From: Eledone cirrhosa
Lineage: Eukaryota
Length of the DNA stretch: 64,000 bases
Assembly (NCBI GenBank): GCA_964016885.1
Contig: OZ024761.1
Location: forward strand, 1,240,001 to 1,304,000
Direction of reading: 5' to 3'
Shown: positions 26,414 to 39,710 of the stretch, in pieces
Position numbering within the stretch: the first letter of the stretch is position 1
How the letters are laid out: the number at the start of each line of letters is the position of its first letter
The notes under the pieces: generated by a model
What the model was told of the DNA's origin: nothing
Databases searched by the model: none
What the model saw: only the letters and a program-made list of their open reading frames with translations
Translations under genes and position numbers: made by a program

Positions 26414-28370
26414 CTCTGGCGACCAACCTAAGGTTTAGGAAGAATCTGGGGAAGATGTGGACCTACATCTCAGATATGCACCTGTCCAAGTCCCAGATTG
26501 ATTTCATTCTGGTGAGGAAAAAGTGGCGGAATAGTGTTCTGAACACGGAACCATACAACTATTTCAGTACACTGGGTAGTGACCACCGGCTTGTTATGAG
26601 TGAGGTCCGCGTGAGCTTAAGAAAGAGCAAGGCTCGGCCCCGGAGAACAATCTATGACTGGAGAGCTTTCAAGGAAGATGATATGCTATAGGAGAGGTTC
26701 ACAGTGGAAGTGAGAAACAGGTTTAGTGCTCTGTGTGGAGAGTCAGAGGAGAGAGAGATTGGATGGACTGAGGAGAGTGTGACGAGGAGGTATGGGCACT
26801 TCACCAATGCAGTGGCGAAAGCAAGTGAAACTCTGGTGCCGAGGAAAAAGAACAAAGGGAAGCATGTCAGCTCTGCAAACCCAAAAGTGTGTGCAGCCAG
26901 AGAACACCTGAAAGCTGCCAAGGACCAATTCTATGCTGATCCTACGGAGGAGAGGATGGAGACTGTGGAGGTGATGAGGGAAGAGCTCTGTATCGCTTAC
27001 ACTGAGGTCAGAGAGGAGGCACTGATAGAGAAGATCAGAAGTGTGGAGAGAGTGGTTGACAAATCTGGATGTAAGGAGAGCTGGATGATCATCAACAAGA
27101 TCACAGGGAGGAAGAGAAGGTGTTCGAGTCAGATCCCGGGAACGGGGCCCGAGGATAGGAAGAGGAAATGGCTAGACCATTTTAGGACCCTACTAGGAGA
27201 GCCACCCTCCACAGCCCAGAGCACTGGGGAGATCAGGCGGCTGTTTGAGGAACTGGATGTTGAGACAGAGCCCTTCACCAGAGAGGAGCTTCAGAGAGCC
27301 AAGAAGAGGATCAAGGAGGGCAAGGCTCATGGAGAAGATGGAGTGGCATCAGAGGTGATAAAGAGGTACGATTTTGATGATATCATCCTGGGGTTCTGTA
27401 ACGGGGCACTGGAGAAAGGAGTTGCCCTGAATCAGTGGAGGATCAGTAACATCGTCCCAGTGCCAAAGAAGGGAGATCTCTCTAACACCAACAACTACTG
27501 GGGGATCTCACTGACGTCACTTGTGGCAAAGACCCTCAACAGGATGATTCTTAACAGGATCCAGCCTGAGCTGGAGAAGAAGCTCAGGGACAACCAGAGA
27601 GGGTAGATCAACCACCAGTCACATCCTGATGCTGAGGAGGATATTAGAGGGAGCTAGAGCAAAGTGCCTTCCTGTGGTCATGGTTTTCATTGACTTTAGG
27701 AAGGCCTTTGATTCTGTGGACCGTTACTGCCTGATGAAGATCTTACAGGCTTATGGAATCCCCAAGAAGATAGTGGACCTGATATCACTGCTCTACACCA
27801 ACACCAAAGCCCAAGTCATTACACCTGATGGGATGACAGAGTTCTTTGAGATACTGGCTGGAGTGCTCCAGGGAGATATATTGGCTCCCTACCTTTTTAT
27901 CATCGTAGTGGACTATTGTATGCGCCTTGCACTGGAGAAACACCAGGACTCTGGCTTTACTGTAGCACCGGCTCAGAGCAGGAGAGTTAGGGCGAAAAAG
28001 GTATTGGATGGTGAATTTGCCGACGACATAGTTTTGGTGACAAATACAGTGAAGGAGGCAGAGGATTTGATGCGGGAGGTTGAGACTGTGTCGATGAGTG
28101 TGGGGCTGAGAATGAATGAGACTAAAACAAAATATCTGGTAGAGAATGTTGAGAAGCCAGAGGGGATCACTAATGTAGGCGGGAAGCTGCTAGAATTGGT
28201 TGAGGGCTTCCTGTATTTGGGAGCAAAGATTGGGAATACGGAAGATGATGTGGTTGAGAGGAAGAGCAAGGCCTGGGCGGCATGCCACAGCTTGAGATTG
28301 GTGTGGAAGTCGGACCTTCGTAGAGCCCTGAAAGTCCGCCTCTTCATTGCTGTAGTGGAGTCTGTACTCT
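26414..28370 (+). mobile_element. RTE-type LINE family B internal fragment: end of APE endonuclease plus RT, disrupted
   Basis: SQIDFILV…GSDHRLV (APE); IVPVPKKGD, FIDFRKAFDSV, GVLQGD, EFADDI, FLYLG (RT). Confidence 0.95.
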
Positions 28371-28375
28371 CCTAG

Positions 28376-28556
28376 GTGAAAACCTGCATTTTTCCTGCTT
28401 CATCGAGGAAAATCTTAAAGATTATCCAGCCATCAAAGTATTCGGTTTATTTTCTTTACATATTGTCCAGGCATGCAGTTTTTCTACGATTAGGTCTGTT
28501 TGCGGCCCCGCGTTCCAAAATACCTTATTCCGTGCAATGCCGGGTACCACTGCTAG
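28376..28556 (+). mobile_element. Probable Helitron 3' terminus
   Basis: GC-rich imperfect hairpin CCGTGCAATGCCGGG, 8 nt, then CTAG followed by T. Confidence 0.55.
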
Positions 28557-28661
28557 TAATATATATATATGTATGTGAAAGGTAAACAGAAATAACAACA
28601 CAATCAGTACAGTATATGGAAGGAATATATTAGGTTAACGCTTGAAATAGCAGGAAGAGGC

Positions 28662-28697
28662 TCTTAACATTTCAGACGCTAGTCCTTCATCAGAAGA
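28662..28697 (-). ncRNA. Minimal hammerhead motif in a pLTR-like family (partial copies at 23066-23142 and 63865-63930)
   Basis: TCTT-CTGATGA-aGGACtagcGTCT-GAAA-TG-TT-AAGA. Two apparent CpG>TpG changes from …GTCCGAAACGTT. Confidence 0.65.
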
Positions 28698-29062
28698 AAG
28701 AAATTAGAAAGATTGAAGGGACGGACCATTTATATTGTGAGGTTTGCTAATGGGTAGAACTGGTCATTCTGTTTCGTAGAGCATGATGTAATAAATTAAA
28801 GCACTTGATATTATGCAAATCAACCATCATAGATATGGAATCTGATGGTTGCTGCAGGAATGGAGTTAAATATTCATTTAAAAACAGCAGAAGGCCAGAC
28901 TGGAAATATACTTTGAAGTTATAATGTTACAGATAGAATCATGATCATCATGATCATCATCATTTAACGTACATTTTTCCATGCTTGCATGGGTCAGATG
29001 GGTTGTCCACATCGAACAATAAGTCTGACTATGGATTGACCATGTTTTACTTTATTGCTTTG

Positions 29063-31882
29063 ACACTAAGGCAACTTTAGTACATATTACTGTCAGAAAC
29101 TCCTGTCTCACCACCTCCACCTCCACCTCCACACATGTTACTGTGTATATCTGGCACCACCTACACCAAGACAACTTTAGTACATATTACTGTCAGAAAC
29201 TCCTGTCTCACCTCCACCTCCACCTCCACACATGTTACTGTGTATATCTGGCACCACCTACACCAAGACAACTTTAGTACATATTACTGTCAGAAACTCC
29301 TGTCTCACCTCCACCACCACACATGTTACTGTGTATATCTGGCACCACCTACACCAAGACAACTTTAGTACATATTACTGTCAGAAACTCCTGTCTCACC
29401 TCCACCACCACACATGTTACTGTGTATATCTGGCACCACCTACACCAAGACAACTTTAGTACATATTACTGTCAGAAACTCCTGTCTCACCACCACCACC
29501 ACCACACATGTTACTGTGTATATCTGGCACCACCTACACCAAGACAACTTTAGTACATATTACTGTCAGAAACTCCTGTCTCACCACCACCACCACCACA
29601 CATGTTACTGTGTATATCTGGCACCACCTACACTAAGGCAACTTTAGTACATATTACTGTCAGAAACTCCTGTCTCACCTCCACCACCACCACCACACAT
29701 GTTACTGTGTATATCTGGCACCACCTACACCAAGACAACTTTACTACATATTACTGTCAGAAACTCCTGTCTCACCACCACCACCACCACACATGTTACT
29801 GTGTATATCTGGCACCACCTACACCAAGACAACTTTAGTACATATTACTGTCAGAAACTCCTGTCTCACCACCACCACCACCACACATGTTACTGTGTAT
29901 ATCTGGCACCACCTACACTAAGGCAACTTTAGTACATATTACTGTCAGAAACTCCTGTCTCACCACCACCACCACCACACATGTTACTGTGTATATCTGG
30001 CACCACCTACACTAAGGCAACTTTAGTACATATTACTGTCAGAAACTCCTGTCTCACCACCTCCACCACCACACATGTTACTGTGTATATCTGGCACCAG
30101 CTACACCAAGACAACTTTAGTACATATTACTGTCAGAAACTCCTGTCTCACCACCTCCACCACCACACATGTTACTGTGTATATCTGGCACCACCTACAC
30201 CAAGACAACTTTAGTACATATTACTGTCAGAAACTACTGTCTCACCACCTCCACCACCACACATGTTACTGTGTATATCTGGCACCACCTACACCAAGAC
30301 AACTTTAGTACATATTACTGTCAGAAACTCCTGTCTCACCACCTCCACCACCACACATGTTACTGTGTATATCTGGCACCACCTACACCAAGACAACTTT
30401 AGTACATATTACTGTCAGAAACTCCTGTCTCACCACCACCACCACCACACATGTTACTGTGTATATCTGGCACCACCTACACTAAGGCAACTTTAGTACA
30501 TATTACTGTCAGAAACTCCTGTCTCACCACCTCCAGCACCACACATGTTACTGTGTATATCTGGCACCAGCTACACCAAGACAACTTTAGTACATATTAC
30601 TGTCAGAAACTCCTGTCTCACCACCTCCACCACCACACATGTTACTGTGTATATCTGGCACCACCTACACCAAGACAACTTTAGTACATATTACTGTCAG
30701 AAACTCCTGTCTCACCACCTCCACCACCACACATGTTACTGTGTATATCTGGCACCACCTACACCAAGACAACTTTAGTACATATTACTGTCAGAAACTC
30801 CTGTCTCACCACCTCCACCACCACACATGTTACTGTGTATATCTGGCACCACCTACACCAAGACAACTTTAGTACATATTACTGTCAGAAACTCCTGTCT
30901 CACCTCCACCACCACCACACATGTTACTGTGTCTATCTGGCACCACCTACACCAAGACAACTTTAGTACATATTACTGTCAGAAACTCCTGTCTCACCAC
31001 CACCACCACCACACATGTTACTGTGTCTATCTGGCACCACCTACACCAAGACAACTTTAGTACATATTACTGTCAGAAACTCCTGTCTCACCTCCACCAC
31101 CACACATGTTACTGTGTATATCTGGCACCACCTACACCAAGACAACTTTAGTACATATTACTGTCAGAAACTCCTGTCTCACCTCCACCACCACCTCCAC
31201 ACATGTTACTGTGTATATCTGGCACCACCTACACCAAGACAACTTTAGTACATATTACTGTCAGAAACTCCTGTCTCACCTCCACCACCACACATGTTAC
31301 TGTGTATATCTGGCACCACCTACACCAAGACAACTTTAGTACATATTACTGTCAGAAACTCCTGTCTCACCTCCACCACCACCACCACACATGTTACTGT
31401 GTCTATCTGGCACCACCTACACCAAGACAACTTTAGTACATATTACTGTCAGAAACTCCTGTCTCACCACCTCCACCACCACACATGTTACTGTGTATAT
31501 CTGGCACCACCTACACCAAGACAACTTTAGTACATATTACTGTCAGAAACTCCTGTCTCACCTCCACCTCCACCACCACACATGTTACTGTGTGTATCTG
31601 GCACCACCTACACTAAGGCAACTTTAGTACATATTACTGTCAGAAACTCCTGTCTCACCTCCACCACCACCACCACACATGTTACTGTGTATATCTGGCA
31701 CCACCTACACTAAGGCAACTTTAGTACATATTACTGTCAGAAACTCCTGTCTCACCTCCACCACACATGTTACTATGTCTATCTGGCACCACCTACACCA
31801 AGACAACTTTAGTACATATTACTGTCAGAAACTCCTGTCTCACCTCCACCACACATGTTACTTTGTGTATCAGGCACCACCT
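29063..31882 (+). repeat. Minisatellite, ~30 copies of an 88-97 bp (mode 94 bp) unit with an internal variable (CAC)n
   Basis: Unit aactttagtacatattactgtcagaaactcctgtctc(ac/cac)n-acatgttactgtgtatatctggcaccacctacaccaagac; ORF track period 91/94/97. Confidence 0.98.
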
Positions 31883-32462
31883 TTATACCAATTTGTTTAT
31901 ACATTACAGTTGATCATTGCTGTTTTGGTGGTTGGCAATAACAATTTGAAAGGTTAGGAACCATTGGTTTAAAGTATAGCTTTTGTTTCACAACTCCATT
32001 ATGTAATGGGGTTTTTTTAATACCAATTTCCAACTATTTTGAAGGCCATATTCATTCAAAACATAAAAAACAATAAGAAATATGAATTCCACATCAAAAT
32101 TTGAACTGGTGTAATATTCCCTTCCAAAGTGAAAATATTTTAGCACCTCATTTATTTAGATTTTGAAGTTGGTAAAAACTGGTAGAATATTGGCCTTGAG
32201 TATAAGCTGCACCCTCACTCTTATTTTACCATTGATTTCTTTTTTATTGTCACATATTTCTCGGCTTATATATATTATGTTAAGAGACCACATGTCTGTG
32301 GAATACTCAGCCACATTCACTAGAAGACAAGATGTGAGTGTATATGTGTATGGGTGTCTAAGTGCATGTGCACACATGTGCATATGTGTGTGTGTGAAAG
32401 AGAATAGAGAGAGCTATTGCTATTGCTACCGTTAATATAATATTATTTTCTACTGTTTCTAT

Positions 32463-32655
32463 GGGCGGTGGATTGGCAGTATCAGTAGAGGGTCGAACGC
32501 CATGCTTTGCAGCATAGAGCTGTGGCCCTTTACGGTATGAGTTCAAATCCCGCCAAGGTTAACTTTGCCTTTCATCTTTACGGGGTTGATAAAGTAAAGC
32601 ACCAGTAATACACTGGGATAATTGCTGGCCTTGTGCCAAATAGTAGAAAGCATTA
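32463..32655 (+). mobile_element. Near full-length tRNA-related SINE
   Basis: ggcggtggattggcagtatcagtag…gagttcaaatcc…ggccttgtgcc. Confidence 0.85.
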
Positions 32656-32704
32656 TATTCTACTGTTAAAATATTATAAAATTAAATTTTATATTTCTTT
32701 CCAG

Positions 32705-32824
32705 ATTTAATGATGAAAGGTGCTGATGGTCAGAAACAAAGATGTCATCACATTCTGGAAGATTTTTCTTGTTAACGTGCCATAGCTGAACAGCACTCCA
32801 GCGATGACCACCATCGCCAAAGAG
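32705..32824 (+). other. Candidate 120-nt internal exon (5'UTR or stop-containing cassette) of the zinc-finger gene
   Basis: Polypyrimidine acceptor ttttatatttctttccag| and donor gag|gtatgg. Contains several ATGs and a TAA (32773-32775) in the frame arriving from the 22388 exon. Confidence 0.3.
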
Positions 32825-33081
32825 GTATGGGCGTATACTCATTTCCTCACACCAGTTTATACACCATGTCCATTGTTGTTGTTCTCCTATGTGACATCTT
32901 CACACCATCACTTCAAAGACCAGCAAAGAAAGCCAGCAGCCAGACGCTGTTGTTGTGTACATAAGACAAGTGACTCTCTGGTGGACATAGACAATATCAA
33001 ACTATATCAAAGTTTATAAAGGACTCGGGGCCCAACAGCTGAGCTCTATACATATCTCTGTGTATGTGAATATATATATAA

Positions 33082-33113
<32 letters not shown>

Positions 33114-33937
33114 GAGGTTATAGTGTAATAGTTTACTATTTTCATTGGTAAGATGAGTTAAGCTCAATGCACATTTTTACCGTTTGTTCTTCAGGAATGG
33201 ACATTTATAGAAGCAGAGCATTTATAATTCAAAATTCAATAAGACCAAATGGAAGTTTAGTAAAATCAAAGTATTGCTGTGGCCAAGCTAACGATATACA
33301 ATTATAATATATATATATATTATAATATATATATATTATAAGAACAGATTAAAGTTTAAGCAAAGAATCGCTGCTTTCACCCTTAACGGGATCTTCTAAA
33401 AAAAGTATAAAAATCAATCTGTGGACGCAGAAGTAAATATTTAAAAAAACGTTACAACCGAAGGAAAACAGGAAGACGATACTTTGGTTCGTGAAGACGT
33501 TCCCTGGTAATAATAAATATTTGCTCTACGGGTTTATATATAATCCTTATTGAGCCCTCTTCAGATTTTAGCCTTCACATTTATTTTTACTATATATATA
33601 TATAAAGAAATTTTGGGAGAAAATAAATGGAAGACAAAAATTGAATGAAACTTTTAGTGGTTGAATGTTTGATAAAAAAAAAAAAAACTGCAAGATGGAC
33701 GAGTAGACAGTTGAACAGTTATGGGTAGTCAGGTGGATGGACGAGTGGACGAATAGACAAGTAGACAGGTAGACAATTAGACAGACAGAAAGTTGACAGC
33801 AGCTGAGCTTCAGTTATATAAATCTTTGGCATAAAGTTGGAAGATTATTAAATACTTTTATTTGTGATATTCAGTGGAAATTTACCAAAAGATAGGCATT
33901 TATGACATTTATCAAGGAATTGCCAAATATACAAAAA

Positions 33938-34152
33938 GAACAACAACAGCAAAAACAACAACAACAGCAGCAAAAACAACAACAGGAACAACAACAAAAA
34001 CAACAGCAACAACATCAACAACAACAGGAACAACAACAACAACAGCAACAAAAGAAAACAACAGGAACAACATCAACAAAAACCTACAACAGGAACAACA
34101 AGAACAATAACAACAACAACAACAACAACTATTACAAGAACAGCAACAACAA
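33938..34152. repeat. (CAA)n microsatellite
   Basis: Directly visible. Confidence 0.9.
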
Positions 34153-34776
34153 TGACGAAAAATATGAAATTTATGAAAAAAATAGGAAGACGATATTTAA
34201 AAGAAAATATTTAACGGAGTGCTGTTTCCTGCACAAAAAAAAGAAAATAACAACAAAAATCAACAAAACAAATCAAAACAAATACCCCCCCCCCCCCCCC
34301 CCCCCAAAAAAAAATTAGTTGTACCAGAACAAAGAATTAAGTGTTGTTTGGTAAATTGAAGGACATTGTTATTAAAAAGGACTGGGATTACAGGACAGCT
34401 GTATTATTTTTTCAGTGCAGCTGTTGTTGCAACTGCTTTGATTATTGCAGCTACAGTGTATCAACTACATGGAACGTCCATTTGCATCTAATCTGTGAAC
34501 ACTATTTTTTTTTTTCCATCCGAGGTCTCTTAGTATTTGTGTGCGTGTGTGTATGTGTCTCTGTGTGTTGTGTTGTGTGTGTATATGTGCTTTGATTAGG
34601 TGTATTTAAGTTTGTATGTGTGTGTGTGTGTTTGTTTATGAATGGTACAACGATTTATGAATGTAATATTCGTTAGGTGTTATATTTTTTAATGAACATA
34701 AATCTTGTGTAAATCTCGTGTAAATCTCGTGTAAATCTTGTGTGATTCTCGTGCATATCGTGTGATTCTCGTGCAG

Positions 34777-36842
34777 TGTTTGACTGTTGTGATCTGAAGC
34801 CATATACAACAACAGAACTGTCTGAACGGATGAAAATGGAGTCTTTGTATACCACAGACATGGCTGTGGTGCCATTCACTTGTGAGGACTGCAACACTGT
34901 GTTTATGAACAGAGATGCATACGCTATGCATGTGATGATACGTGCTAAAGAGAAATCATGTCGTTCGGAGTCCCGTGTTGTTGTCACTGGAAGCACTGTT
35001 GGAAACGGCCGGACAGACATTGATTCAAACATAGGCAACTCTGTTGATGTCAAATCTTCCTCCCTCGGTCTTCATTCGACGACGGCGAAAGAGACGTTGA
35101 GTTTTGTTGACCAAGGAGATATGTCAATATCTGAGATTGAGAACTGTATCAAGGAAGTGAAACAGGAAGTGATGTCAAATGACGGCTCCAATGCAGAAAG
35201 TCCAGTGCCTCTTACGCCGAAATTAGTCGTTGTGAAAACTGAACCAGAGACCAACAACAGAGATTGCTCTTTAATGGAGTCGATGAACAGTAACAGTGTG
35301 GGTGGTGGTGTGATATCTCGAAGAACAGTGGCGGCCTCTGACAACCAAAATGTTAGCTGTACTGACACCAGTATTGTCAAAGAACAGTCGCCATCTCTGA
35401 TGAATTCCTCAACCAATTTAATCAGCTCACACCACGTCATCTGCTTGATGTGTGATTCTCAGTTCGCTGACCAAGATTCTTTGGCCATGCATATGATGTC
35501 GTATCATGCAGAAAGTGCATCGAGCAGCAGATCACAGCATGCATACCACGAGTCTACAAATGACTGCTCCCATCCATCATCCATTCAACACTATGAGTTT
35601 CCATCACACACGCTCTATCAGTCTAGCCGCAGGGGCACTGCACGGCTGCGATGCGACGAATGCGGCGCAGCGTTTGAAAATGAGGATTTTCTAACTTTAC
35701 ATCTGATATCTCATAGACGCGGTGTCCAGGCACTGCACAACACTGCCATGTTTAACGACCCATCCCGGATTTACAGTCAAATGCTCGAGAACAAACGGAA
35801 ACGCCAACTCCAACATGGCAATGACCTCGGAGAAAATCTGTGTTCGTTACCCATGAAAAAAAATTCCCTCCACGCAGAACCTCGGCTGCCCGACTCTTAC
35901 CATTCCATGTCATTTGACAAACACTCTAAGAGCAGCTCCCTTAAAGCATATCTAAGTAAGTACAACACAATCTACAAATCCCACGGGTTCCAGAATGAAT
36001 CTGTAGGGGGTGAGAAGATGACCGCTGTACAGAAACAAACTAACACTTCTTCAAATAATTCCTCATTACAGGAGAAACAGAGGTGCTGGAAGGAAGACCA
36101 GTTACGGTATATGTCTTCTATCGGTGCTAAAGGTGTAAACAGAAGTCAAAGTGTGCCAAACGATTTCAGCTCTGAGAATTCTATTACGTCGCGACCCCAT
36201 TCTGTGGGGTTTATTGAAAAATCCGACTACCAAAGTAAACAGCCAGCATTCCTAAAGAATACCCATTACTGCGATACATTGTATGATAGAAATGTGTTCA
36301 CAAAGAACAGCAGCAACAACAACAACAACAACAACAAAGAATCACAGAGGAAGCATGGCAAATTCTTTGATCAGCACCAAGAGAATATGTACAGAGGAGG
36401 GCGAAATATCGGTGAAGGAAGCAGTTCGAAAGACAGGGCCTTCTTGTTTTACGACAGCTGGTCGAAGGAAAAGAGGACAGACAACAAAACAAACTGTACA
36501 ACAGGGATGTCTTCGAAGTCAGCCATCCACAACTCGGGTGCAATACCGGTGAGTGACTTAGAGAGCAGCAGCCAGCAGGGCAAGCAGGAGCAGTTTGTGA
36601 GTTCTTCAAACGGCAGCGAGACAACGACTTTCAGTAGTAACTACTCGGACATCTTGCATGAGCTGAAGAACAAGGCTGAACAGGTGGCCATGTGCAAGCA
36701 CTGTGATGTGATATTCCTCAACCGAATACTTTACCATCTGCACATGGGGCTGCACAATGTCAACAACCCTTGGCAGTGCAACATCTGTGGCAAAGTCTGC
36801 AATGATGTGCACAACTTCACCACTCATGCCATCCATTTTTAA
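34777..36842 (+). CDS. Main/terminal coding exon of an Ikaros/Hunchback-family C2H2 zinc-finger protein (~670-690 aa)
   Basis: 688-codon non-repetitive ORF. Isolated fingers: CEDC..YAMH (degenerate), CLMCDSQFADQDSLAMHMMSYH and CDECGAAFENEDFLTLHLISH. The C-terminal pair CKHCDVIFLNRILYHLHMGLH-NVNNPWQ-CNICGKVCNDVHNFTTH matches the Ikaros/Hunchback dimerization fingers (Y..HMGxH signature). Candidate acceptor CAG ends at 34776, first in-frame ATG at 34830, stop TAA at 36840-36842. Confidence 0.9.
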
Positions 36843-36859
36843 CTGACATGAACACTCCG

Positions 36860-38830
36860 AGGGAGATATGAGCCAAGGGTCTCTTAGTCCTGCTAGAAAT
36901 AGCAGTCAAATCCCCCTTGAATAATTTCTTACTTACTGCTACTGTCTCAGAGAATAAATAAAGGAAATATGAGCTAAATGAGGATGCCACTGAGGGGTCT
37001 CTTGGTCTTGTTAAAAATAGCAGTCTAATTTCCTCAAATAACACTTTACAAACACCTTTGTGAACACCTTATAAAAAACAAAGGAGATATGAGCCAAATG
37101 AGGAAGACACTAAAAGGTCTCTTAGTTCTGCTAAAAATAATACCAAAAAGGAATCCCCTCGATGCCCTACTGTCTTAGTAAAAAAAAAGGAATGGAATAT
37201 GAGGCAGTGAGAGTAATCCAGAAGCTAGAAATAGCTGAGAAAAAATAATTGTTTCTACATTTGGCACAAGGAGGGAAAAGGGAAAGTCGATTAAATCGAC
37301 CGCAGTACATTACTGGTACTTTATTTAATCAACCCCTGTAAAGACAAAAGGCAAAGCTAACCTCAGAATACTGCAAAACATTTGGTCCTATGCTCTACCG
37401 ATTCCACCAATCCATCAAAATAATAAATAGTAAAAATGCTGGAGTTTTAAACGAGTGTGACACACTATATGGATCTAAATGTGCTAGAAATAGTAGCCAA
37501 ATCATCCTATTGTCTCAGACAAACCATAACAAATAAATTAAAAAGATATATATGAAAGAGGGAGACTCTACATAGTCCCTCAATCTGTTAGAAATAGTAG
37601 GCAAATTTCCCTCAAATCACACACAAAAAAAAGTAGAAAGATTTGTGGGAAAACATTATATGGACTGTCAATGTGCTGCAGATAAAAGTCAAACCTCCTT
37701 CAAATGATGATCTACCATCTTACTAAAAAAGAAAAGATAAAAAAATAATGAAAATGAAGGTGATATAAGCCAGTAAGGGAGACACTAGGTGGAGTCCTTC
37801 ATGTGCTAGAAATAACAGACAAATTTCTCTCAAATAAAACTCTACCATCTTACAACATTAATGAATACACAAGAAAATTGGAGGGAGGTATAAGCTAAAG
37901 AGTGAGACTCAATGTGGGCTCTCAGTCCTGCTAGATATAACAAACAAATCTCCCTCGAATAACACACTATTGTCTTCTTTGTAAAAGAAAAAGGAACATG
38001 GCACCGTAAGCTGCTAAACATATGAGACAAATCACCTTCAAATTATAATAAAATTGAAGGGAGGAAAATATGAACCAATAAAGTGTAGGGGGGAACTCTA
38101 CATGGACTCTTGGCCTGCTAGAAATGGCAGGAAAATATCCCTCAAAATATACTGTACTGTTATACCAAAAATGGAAGGAAAATATGGACCAGTGAGAGAG
38201 ATTGTACATGGACTCTTGACATGCTAGAAATAGCAGGAAAATACTCCTTAAAATATACTGTATGTTTTACCAAAAAGAGAAAAAAAAAATGGAAAGAGAT
38301 ATGAATCAGTGAGAAAGGATTCAATGTTGTTTGTTGACCTGCTAGAAACAGCAGGCAAATATCCCTCAAATAACACTCTACTAATTTACAAAAAACAACA
38401 ACAAAAAACTGAGATACAAGCTCTACATACACACTTGATATATCAGTAAGGAAAACTCAACCGGGTCCCTCAATCTGCTAGAAATAGCAGGCAAACTTTC
38501 CACAGATTACATTCTATTGTCTTGGAAAAATAAAACAAAGGTACATTTCAAAGTTGTTATGCAGTTCATCAATGTGCTAGAAATAGCAGTCAAATTTCCT
38601 ACAAATTTCACAGTACTATTTTACCAAAAAGAATATAGGTGATATGAGCCAATAAAAGGAACTCAAGGTGGTCTTTCAACTTGTTAAAAATAGCAGGCAA
38701 ATCTCCCTCAGATTATACACTACAACTCTGCTACCCTGTAAAAAAAAAAAAGGAAGAAAAGGAACGAGTAACAAGACAGTGAAGGAGTATCTATCTGGCT
38801 GCTCGACATGTTAGAAATAACAGCCAAATA
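36860..38830 (+). repeat. Old degenerate tandem array (~90-120 bp period) with core tgctagaaatagcag(g/t)caaat…ccctcaaa, immediately 3' of the zinc-finger stop
   Basis: Core at ~36890, 37010, 37128, 37482, 37585, 37803, 37929, 38116, 38222, 38340, 38476, 38575, 38682 and 38809. Confidence 0.8.
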
Positions 38831-39168
38831 TCCATATTACTATATTTAAAATTATGAAAAAAGGAAGGACATATGTGATAATGTAGTGTGAGATAAACTA
38901 TATATGTAAAGATGGAATGGACATGATCAAATGGTCATTGGAGATATCGGTTTGTTTGATCATGGCTGACCTATGGCTAAACAACAACAACAACAACAGC
39001 AACAAACAATAACAAACAGCATTAAGCAATGTAATCTTAGATACATATTTGAATAAAAGACAAGATGGTCACAGCTAGAATGGCTATGATCATAGGTCTG
39101 TTTAACCAGGGATGACCTGGGATTAAACAACAACAATAACAACAACAGCAACAACAATATGTAAATAA

Positions 39169-39710
39169 GGATATATTGGGAAATATAGTCCGATATACAT
39201 TATATTTGAATTAAAACAGAATTGTCACACCTGGAATGCCCTTGATCACAGGTCTATTTGACCAGGGCTGACCTGGGGTTAAACAACAACAACAATATCT
39301 ATATAAGGATAAATTGGGAAATATAGTACTATATACATTATATTTGAATTAAAACAGAATTGTCACACCTGGAATGCCCTTGATCACAGGTCTATTTGAC
39401 CAGGGCTGACCTGGGGTTAAACAACAACAACAATATCTATATAAGGATAATTGGGAAATATAGTCCGATATACATTATATTTGAATTAAAACAGAATTGT
39501 CACACCTGGAATGCCCTTGATCACAGGTCTATTTGACCAGGGCTGACCTGGGGTTAAACAACAACAACAATATCTATATAAGGATAAATTGGGAAATATA
39601 GTCCGATATACATTATATTTGAATTAAAACAGAATTGTCACAGCTAGGATGCCTTTGATCATAGGTCTATTTGACCAGGGCTGACCTGGGGTTAAACAAC
39701 AACAATAACA
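39169..39710 (+). repeat. Young tandem repeat, 4 x 137-138 bp, each unit ending gggctgacctggggttaaa(caa)n; two older units upstream
   Basis: gggaaatatag at 39178, 39316, 39453 and 39591. Confidence 0.95.

Noticed and set aside
29063-31882. CRISPR-like array or retrozyme-like tandem repeat
   Set aside because: No unique spacers, eukaryotic context, and no CTGANGA…GAAA core on either strand
35072-36836. Antisense and alternate-frame ORFs inside the zinc-finger exon
   Set aside because: Shadows of the real coding frame with no recognisable motifs
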